This document shows positions 57,320 through 64,000 of a stretch of DNA of 64,000 bases, one piece after another. The translations under genes and the position numbers were made by a program. The stretch comes from Promethearchaeota archaeon (lineage in GTDB: Archaea; Asgardarchaeota; Lokiarchaeia; Sigyniarchaeales; SOKP01): contig JAEOUA010000011.1 of assembly GCA_016839555.1 (NCBI GenBank), positions 96,001-160,000 of the forward strand, given 5' to 3'. The notes under the pieces are model-generated. The model did not search any database. It was not told where the DNA came from and saw nothing but the letters and a program-made list of their open reading frames with translations. Each line of letters opens with the position of its first letter. The stretch's first letter is position 1.

Positions 57320-58198
57320 ATGAAAATGAGATTAAAAAGTAATGAAGATCAGGCAAAAATTGGAATTATAGGAGGTACAGGTTCGGATATTGAGCTGGAA
57401 AATGCTGAAGATATGAAAATATATACTCCTTATGGAAGACCTTCAGATATAATTAAGATTGGGTCTTTTAAAGGCAAAAAGGTAGCATTTTTATCAAGAC
57501 ATGGGACTGGACATGTAATTCCCCCTCATAAATTAAATTTCCGTGCTAATATTTGGGCGTTAAGTGAGCTTGGGGCAAAAATTATCATCTCTCCTTCTGC
57601 CGTAGGTTCTTTACGAAAAGAGCACCATAAGGGAAAATTTTTTTTAGTTGATCAATACATAGATAGAACTAAGAAACGATTTGATACTTTTTATGAGGGA
57701 GGACAAGTTTGCCATATCTCTCAGGAAGATCCCTATTGTTCCTATTTAAATAATCTTTTTTATGAAACTGGTTCTACAATTGAAGGACTTGATATTCAAA
57801 ATGGAGGTACCTATGTGTGCATTGAAGGTCCGAGATTTTCAACTAGAGCGGAATCAAAGATGTTTCGACAATGGGGAGGTGATATCATAGGAATGACGAC
57901 GTATCCAGAGGTGGTGCTTGCGTCTGAAAAACAAATTTGCTACTGTTGCATTGCAAGTGTAACTGATTTGGATGTCTGGGCGGGTGAATGCAAGAATTGT
58001 GGTGTGGTGGAATACGGGGAATCTTGTCCAAATTGCGGTGGACCTGTCCAAAAACTTGCGGTTGATGTGACTGAAATATTAGAAACAATGGAAGAAAATG
58101 CCAAACATCTAAAAAAATTATTAGAAATTACTATCCCTAAAATTGATACTGAACGAGATTGTGGATGTCACCATTCACTAACAGGAGCTCTCTTATAA
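57320..58198 (+). CDS. mtnP: 5'-methylthioadenosine phosphorylase
   Basis: IGIIGGTG, TPYG.PS, RHG..H, EGPRFST.AES, IGMT..PE, VTD.D. Confidence 0.92.
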   Translation: MKMRLKSNEDQAKIGIIGGTGSDIELENAEDMKIYTPYGRPSDIIKIGSFKGKKVAFLSRHGTGHVIPPHKLNFRANIWALSELGAKIIISPSAVGSLRKEHHKGKFFLVDQYIDRTKKRFDTFYEGGQVCHISQEDPYCSYLNNLFYETGSTIEGLDIQNGGTYVCIEGPRFSTRAESKMFRQWGGDIIGMTTYPEVVLASEKQICYCCIASVTDLDVWAGECKNCGVVEYGESCPNCGGPVQKLAVDVTEILETMEENAKHLKKLLEITIPKIDTERDCGCHHSLTGALL

Positions 58199-58289
58199 TT
58201 TCTCCCATTCTTTTTCTTTAATCATCTTATTATTTATTTTTTAATAAAAATTATCCATTTTTTAAGGCTTTAATAGATAGGATTAAAAT

Positions 58290-59336
58290 TTATTGCTTAG
58301 ACTTTCGTGGGATTCTTTCATCTACAGGAAGTAATTTTCTGAATTCTTTATGTGGTTCCGTTTGGTACCAATAAGCTGTGCTACTCCAATCATCAGAGCG
58401 CTGGTTAGCATGTCCATGCTCAATTTTAACTTGTATATTTTTATGAAAATAAATCGGATCTTCAATATGATATCTATAATAGCTAATATGGCCACTCCAA
58501 TTTTCTCCACCAGGTAAAGTTACTCCAAAATAAGGAGAACAATAAAATTGTGAAGGGCACCAAGCGCCACAAAAATAATCTTCTGTACCGGTGCCATATA
58601 AAATTGTTTCTCCGTCGTCAATAATAATATAATCATCGCCTTCCCCTGGCCAATTTAGTTTTTTAGTTTTAAATAAATTATAGATATCTAAATGCATCCC
58701 CACATAATGACCCTCTCCCTCTGCCTCTAAAACTACATAATCTTCTTCATGGCTTATATTTTTCTTTAAGAAAAATTCAATTTTTTTTTTATTTTCATAT
58801 ATATTTCCTCGGCACGGATTTTCTCGATGCCATGTTGCATGAAATCTCCCATAATCTTTGTCTAGTTCTTTAAGTTCTTCATAATCTATATAATAATATA
58901 CTATCATTAGGTCTTTGGATTCATTTTCAAGCTCGATTTTTGCACGTTGAGAAAAAGGCATGGGAAAAAAACAATTAAAGCCCTTTCCATCCTCTGGACC
59001 ATTGGAAAAAGGAAGACTCCAGAAATTAACCGTTTTCCCGTGTCCAATACCAAAAAAATCGCCAATAGGTACCTCAACCGAGGGGTTTTTTTCACTGTCC
59101 CACCATATTCGAAGCACTGCTTTTCGAAGATAATCAGGATCAGGGCAAGCAAGAGTCATCCAGATATGTTTTATTAATCCAGCTCCTTGAATGTCGCAAA
59201 TTTGATAAGATTCATAAGATTTAATTGGAACATTGTCCATATTAGCCCCAGTTTTATCATAACTAGAAACTCTCTTTCTTTTTACATTTTTTTTAATTTT
59301 TGCTAATTCTTCCAAGGAATTATATCCAAAATTCAT
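58290..59336 (-). CDS. DUF2961 / GH172-family glycoside hydrolase
   Basis: SSYD.TG.N.D, HIWMT, PIGDFFG, GEGDD, GTGTEDYF, IEHGHAN. Confidence 0.88.
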   Translation of the reverse strand: MNFGYNSLEELAKIKKNVKRKRVSSYDKTGANMDNVPIKSYESYQICDIQGAGLIKHIWMTLACPDPDYLRKAVLRIWWDSEKNPSVEVPIGDFFGIGHGKTVNFWSLPFSNGPEDGKGFNCFFPMPFSQRAKIELENESKDLMIVYYYIDYEELKELDKDYGRFHATWHRENPCRGNIYENKKKIEFFLKKNISHEEDYVVLEAEGEGHYVGMHLDIYNLFKTKKLNWPGEGDDYIIIDDGETILYGTGTEDYFCGAWCPSQFYCSPYFGVTLPGGENWSGHISYYRYHIEDPIYFHKNIQVKIEHGHANQRSDDWSSTAYWYQTEPHKEFRKLLPVDERIPRKSKQ

Positions 59337-59459
59337 TTTTCTATACCTTTCATTCTAATTAATATTAAATTATTATTAGAAAAGTATTAAAAAAAATTAA
59401 CTCCCATCACATTAAAAATGAAAATCAATAATATAATAATAATTAAGAAAGAAAAAAGG

Positions 59460-60866
59460 TTATAAATTTAATTCTTTCAATTTCGCTTTAATCTCTTTTG
59501 TTCTTTCAGGAGTTAAATTATAAATTATTATAAATAATACTAATCCTATTAAGGTCAAAACCATAGGAATGAATGCGGTGTGTAATCTAATTCCAAATTT
59601 AGCCAAGTCTGATTGAGTGGTTAAGGCAGCATTAAATCCCGTAAGTTCATGCACAATTGCAAAAATTAAGCCTTGAGCAATTAAGGCAAATCTATTAAAG
59701 AACGCATATACTCCCATAAATGCTCCCTCTAAATGGAGCTTTGAATCGAGAACTGCTTCATCGATAGCGTCTGCCATAACTGGGTTTCGACCAATTCTTA
59801 ATGCACCGCCGCCAATACCCAAAAGAATTGCCGAAATTGTCATCCAAAGGAGGCTCTGAACAAACATAAATGGTAATAAAAAGATTGTGTTTAAAAACAC
59901 ACCTATTATTAACATCCTACGGTTATTATTTATTTTCTCGGAAAAAATTAACCATGGCCCAAGCGATATCAAAGCCCCTAATAAGAATCCCGCTAAAATA
60001 AAAATAGAGACTTCTGCTTCCGTTTCCAACACATATTTAGTTACATATTGAATAGATGCCGTTAAACTTGCTCCGATAATTGAATCTAAGAAAAAAATCA
60101 CGATGACCATAAGAAAATTTTTATGCTTTAATACAATCTTAATGCAATTCCAAAATGAAATCTGCTCCTTATATTCTTGCTGCTCCCTTATATATCGTTC
60201 TTTAAGAAGTTCTGATTCTTTATGACCCGGTATGAGTGTAAGAAAGATAACCAGATTTATTATTACGAATATCCACGCCATACTTGTATAAGATCCTCTG
60301 TCTCCATACTCTATTAGCATGGGAGGGATGATAAATCCCACAGCAGTTCCTACCAATGATAATGCCATTCGAATACCACCGGATCTCCTTCGTTGCTTAT
60401 CGGTTTTGAATTTGTCTGGATAAAGAGCAAAATGATTCAATGAACTTAATGTAAAAAAAAACTCATAAGAGCACGTGGTTATTAAAATCCATGCGAAATA
60501 AATCCACGCCCCTTCAACAGGATCAAGGTAAGGCGGACTGAATATTACTGCAAGTAATAAAATTGCAGGCACAGTACCAATCATAACCATGGGAAATCTC
60601 TTTCCATACTTTTTCCAAAATCTATTTGGGCGGTCCGTGAGATATCCTACTAGGGGGTCATTAGCAGAATTCCAAATGACGTAGAAAATATAACCCAGAG
60701 TTACGATCCAGATATTTAGCTTAACTTCTGTTTCCCAAAATAAAAAATAAAACGCGCCAAAAATACCATTAAAAACGTCATATATTAGATCTCCCATCCC
60801 AAAAGAGAACATTGACCCAAAAGATTCTTTATTTGCTTCATTAACGATTTCTTCTTTTTTTTCCAT
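59460..60866 (-). CDS. MFS glycoside-pentoside-hexuronide transporter
   Basis: About 12 TM segments, NDPLVGYLTDR, GKR.P, AD.ID. Confidence 0.9.
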   Translation of the reverse strand: MEKKEEIVNEANKESFGSMFSFGMGDLIYDVFNGIFGAFYFLFWETEVKLNIWIVTLGYIFYVIWNSANDPLVGYLTDRPNRFWKKYGKRFPMVMIGTVPAILLLAVIFSPPYLDPVEGAWIYFAWILITTCSYEFFFTLSSLNHFALYPDKFKTDKQRRRSGGIRMALSLVGTAVGFIIPPMLIEYGDRGSYTSMAWIFVIINLVIFLTLIPGHKESELLKERYIREQQEYKEQISFWNCIKIVLKHKNFLMVIVIFFLDSIIGASLTASIQYVTKYVLETEAEVSIFILAGFLLGALISLGPWLIFSEKINNNRRMLIIGVFLNTIFLLPFMFVQSLLWMTISAILLGIGGGALRIGRNPVMADAIDEAVLDSKLHLEGAFMGVYAFFNRFALIAQGLIFAIVHELTGFNAALTTQSDLAKFGIRLHTAFIPMVLTLIGLVLFIIIYNLTPERTKEIKAKLKELNL

Positions 60867-60985
60867 AATTTTTCCTCTCTATTAAGACCAACTTCTAAAT
60901 TAAAAAGATTTTTTGTAATAATATTTTGATGTTATTCTATTTAAGTGAATAGAAGAAGAATTAAGAAAATTTAAGGAGAAAAAAT

Positions 60986-62515
60986 TTATCTTTTTGCTAC
61001 AAATAAGGGTGGTATGCAAAAATAGGCGAGTGAACAGTGGTCAGAATAAAGGTTTCTAGCTTTATCAATAGCCTCATCTAAATTTTTCGCATACTCATAT
61101 CCCAAAACGTCTAATACATCTTTATTTTTAGCACCAGCTACTATTATTTTACCGATATTTAAGAGGCCTCTAATGCCCCAATAATATACGATTGGAGCAT
61201 GAGTAGGATGATAAGCATAATGATTTCTATATTTTTCAATATATTCTTCATTATTAAGGTATTTGCTTTCAATTTTTTTTAAATCAAAAATATCCGCTTT
61301 CTGAGTCAAAATATTATAATAAAAATCTTCATAAGAAGGATGTTGCTGAGAATCAAATATTTCATAGGCAGGATTTGCAATAATTAGAGTACCTTTTTCT
61401 TTTAATGGGGATTCTCCCTGATGCATATTGAATAAATAACCTGAAACAAGAGTGTGTAATAATAAAGGATTCATCTCAGTGCCAACATTATATGGCGTAA
61501 GATTAGGCACACCAAAAATGATTATATCGTATTTCTTTGGTATCTCCACATTCAATTGCTTATTCATAAGTTCTAAAGACTTTTTATGAGCTTCCTCAAT
61601 ATCACCTGCAAATGTATCTATTAATTGATATCCTGCTTTAAGATTCTTCCTCACATAGGTTTTAATAAATTTTGGAAAAACTCGAAATAAGGAAAGTGTT
61701 AATCTTCGCCATAAAGGAATATTATCTTGAATACCTTTTAATGGTTTGTAGATCTTACTGTAGAAGCCGCTATAGAAATTATTATTGAGCACCATTTCAA
61801 TAGTAAAGACATTAAGCTTGTCTTTAATAATATTACCCATTTCCCAAATGATTTTATGTAATTCTGATGAGGGGGGATCCATGAATGAACCTTTCATTAA
61901 TTTTTTTGGAGAGTGATGTGGAATGATTGTATTATAGCTCCCTAATCCCACTATTATAGATTTCCATCCCCCATTTAAAGGAGTGAAGCTAATATTTAAA
62001 TAAATGATCAGATCTGATTCAGTGGCAATTTTGTTTATTTCGATGTTATTGCCCCCCTTGGTTTTCCCTAATATTTTCAAATTAGCTTTATCCTCAGCAT
62101 CATGATTAAATATATGACTTTTATATTTCTTATAAATTTTTTTTCCTAATAGATGTTTTAATTCTTTTGGTTTGCACTTTCTATGCAATCCAGTGGCGCA
62201 AATAAAGTTAATATTTTCATCTTTCACGCCAATATCTTTAATATGTTTTAATACTACTTTTGCTGCTATTTGTCTAACATCTTTTTTCATAGGTGGGAGG
62301 GGAACGCTTATATCATCAAAACATATAGAAATAGTAGAATCAGAATTAATTAAATTCTTTAATTTCGATGATTTTATGGGGTTCTTAATGGCAGATTCAA
62401 TTGCGGCTTCTTCATTATCTAAAGGTGGTAACGTATCCTTTCCATAATAAATATCAATATCCTTAGGAAAATCATGGATGAATGCGTCATCACCATAAAA
62501 AATAATTTCTTTCAC
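60986..62515 (-). CDS. LarA/DUF2088 (lactate racemase-like) protein
   Basis: NPI, DD.S.P, ATGLHR, NHDA, GGWKS. Confidence 0.8.
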   Translation of the reverse strand: MKEIIFYGDDAFIHDFPKDIDIYYGKDTLPPLDNEEAAIESAIKNPIKSSKLKNLINSDSTISICFDDISVPLPPMKKDVRQIAAKVVLKHIKDIGVKDENINFICATGLHRKCKPKELKHLLGKKIYKKYKSHIFNHDAEDKANLKILGKTKGGNNIEINKIATESDLIIYLNISFTPLNGGWKSIIVGLGSYNTIIPHHSPKKLMKGSFMDPPSSELHKIIWEMGNIIKDKLNVFTIEMVLNNNFYSGFYSKIYKPLKGIQDNIPLWRRLTLSLFRVFPKFIKTYVRKNLKAGYQLIDTFAGDIEEAHKKSLELMNKQLNVEIPKKYDIIIFGVPNLTPYNVGTEMNPLLLHTLVSGYLFNMHQGESPLKEKGTLIIANPAYEIFDSQQHPSYEDFYYNILTQKADIFDLKKIESKYLNNEEYIEKYRNHYAYHPTHAPIVYYWGIRGLLNIGKIIVAGAKNKDVLDVLGYEYAKNLDEAIDKARNLYSDHCSLAYFCIPPLFVAKR

Positions 62516-62670
62516 AATTTTATATTTGGATTTCTATTCTATTTAAATCTTTAAAGAGATACATATTCTAGATATTGGATTAAATTTCGAAATAACTATA
62601 TAATTATAACGATTTTAGTAATGATAAAATAAAAAACATGGGAAAAAAAAGAAAGCGGCATATTATTTTA

Positions 62671-63201
62671 TTATTCTTCTACAGGAATTTGTACCAAGGC
62701 AAGAATATCATAGCCTTCTAATTTATCTCTTCCGTGGAGACTTCCTGTTAGCTCGATTACAAACGCAAATCCTTCCACAATTCCTCCTGCTTTTTCAACT
62801 AATCGTATTGCTGCCTTTGCTGTACCTCCCGTAGCTAGTAAATCATCAAATAATAAGACCTTTTCCCCTTTATTAATGGCATCTTGATGCATTTCAATAA
62901 TATCAGTCCCATATTCTAATTCATATTCTTCTTGATAACATTTCCAGGGCAATTTACCTTCTTTCCTTATTAAAATAAATCCCGCATCCAAAAGATAAGC
63001 AATAGCTCCACCAAATACATATCCACGGGCTTCTATTGCTGCTACTTTATCTATTCCCTTATCTTTATAATGCTCCACAATTTTATCAATCGACTCTTTA
63101 AAAGGAATTGAATTTACACAGAGAGTAGTGATATCTTTAAACTGTACTCCATCAACCGGCCAATCTGGCACATTTCTAATAAAGTCAATTAATTTAACCA
63201 T
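62671..63201 (-). CDS. apt: Adenine phosphoribosyltransferase
   Basis: FKDIT, EARG, RK.GKLP, YELEYG, DDLLATGGT. Confidence 0.96.
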   Translation of the reverse strand: MVKLIDFIRNVPDWPVDGVQFKDITTLCVNSIPFKESIDKIVEHYKDKGIDKVAAIEARGYVFGGAIAYLLDAGFILIRKEGKLPWKCYQEEYELEYGTDIIEMHQDAINKGEKVLLFDDLLATGGTAKAAIRLVEKAGGIVEGFAFVIELTGSLHGRDKLEGYDILALVQIPVEE

Positions 63202-63440
63202 AGTATTTACTCAATTTGTTTTTTTTATTTATGTGTATTTTGATAAATAATTCAAATTTTAAAAACACTTCATCTGTAGTTTCTTCCAAAATAAGTTATT
63301 TTCAAAAAAAATCATTTAATAAACATAATTTACTATGAAATTTTAATACTAAGATTAATTTATTAGATTTAAATTTATTAATTCTATAGAAGTATACTAG
63401 ATCAGTAAAAAGTTTAAAAACTCACGGTGAAATTTAATTT

Positions 63441-64000
63441 TTGAAAGTCTTATTATTCGGTCCCGAGGGTGCAGGAAAGACTTCTCTTATGCGAACAACT
63501 TGTTTGGGCTATAATTTTATGAAGGTTGCGAATTTAGCACCTACTAAAGGAATTTCACGTGAGAATTTTATATTTCGTGGCCTCTGTGAGCTGAATGTTT
63601 GGGATGCTGGAGGCCAACAACATTATATGGAGCAATATTTCTCTGATTCTCAGAGAGAATTAATATTTTCGGAGATTACTGCAACAGTATTTATGGTGGA
63701 CTCTACAGTTATAGAACCATATATAAAGGAAATTTTTGAAAATTATTTAATAAATATTTTTGAGTTTAGTCCATATATCGAAAGAATTTATGTATTATTG
63801 AATAAAATAGATTTACAAGATTCTCAGGAGGATAAAGCATATATTATGTTATCAGAGGGATTAAGCGAGGATGTGAAAGATAAAATAGATTTTACACCGG
63901 TGTCGGTAAAAGAAGGATCAGCTCAACATCGATTAATTGAAATATTAGACCAAGAAATTCAAAAATCCACATTGAGCCTACAAAGACTGGGAAAAATTCG
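63441..64000 (+). CDS. Rag/Gtr1-like small GTPase, 5' part (runs off the window)
   Basis: Hand translation from TTG 63441: KVLLFGPEGAGKTS...LAPTKG...LNVWDAGGQQHYMEQYF...QRELIF...NKIDL; GGTGA upstream. Confidence 0.88.
   Translation, partial: MKVLLFGPEGAGKTSLMRTTCLGYNFMKVANLAPTKGISRENFIFRGLCELNVWDAGGQQHYMEQYFSDSQRELIFSEITATVFMVDSTVIEPYIKEIFENYLINIFEFSPYIERIYVLLNKIDLQDSQEDKAYIMLSEGLSEDVKDKIDFTPVSVKEGSAQHRLIEILDQEIQKSTLSLQRLGKI

Noticed and set aside
2159-62447. Many short ORF-track entries nested in or antisense to long genes (e.g. 2159, 2304, 7020, 12263, 15181, 17631, 18005, 25866, 30528, 39275, 43451, 52631, 57118, 62172)
   Set aside because: Shadow frames of well-supported genes, or low-complexity AT-rich ORFs without motifs.

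Overview
AT-rich archaeal chromosomal DNA, most likely Asgard (Lokiarchaeia-like). This is inferred from an Snf7/ESCRT-III gene, a Rag-type GTPase, a presenilin-like protease, rpl35Ae, mch and two TFBs. No rRNA, tRNA, CRISPR array, integrase or transposase was recognised. The window has two parts. (1) About 1-27.8 kb is a dense cluster of divergent recombination/repair paralogs: FEN1-like, RadA with an extra C-terminal HhH, RadB-like, Hef with a degenerate nuclease, Hel308 with an inserted SWIM finger, and SWIM/Zn-finger proteins. These sit among surface and membrane proteins, a divergent TFB, and a membrane-protein operon containing a 1297-aa membrane-anchored HerA/VirB4-like pseudo-ATPase. 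Most transcription units here carry the same unusual promoter, TTTTTYNTTTAAATA: a TATA box preceded by a T-run where the purine-rich BRE normally lies. The cluster's own TFB has a rewritten BRE-recognition helix. I propose an alternative-TFB regulon for DNA transfer and recombination. (2) About 28-64 kb holds mostly housekeeping and metabolic genes with conventional purine-rich BRE-TATA promoters. Up to three genes here appear to start at ATA/ATT codons, including the ESCRT-III gene and a wHTH gene missing from the ORF track.
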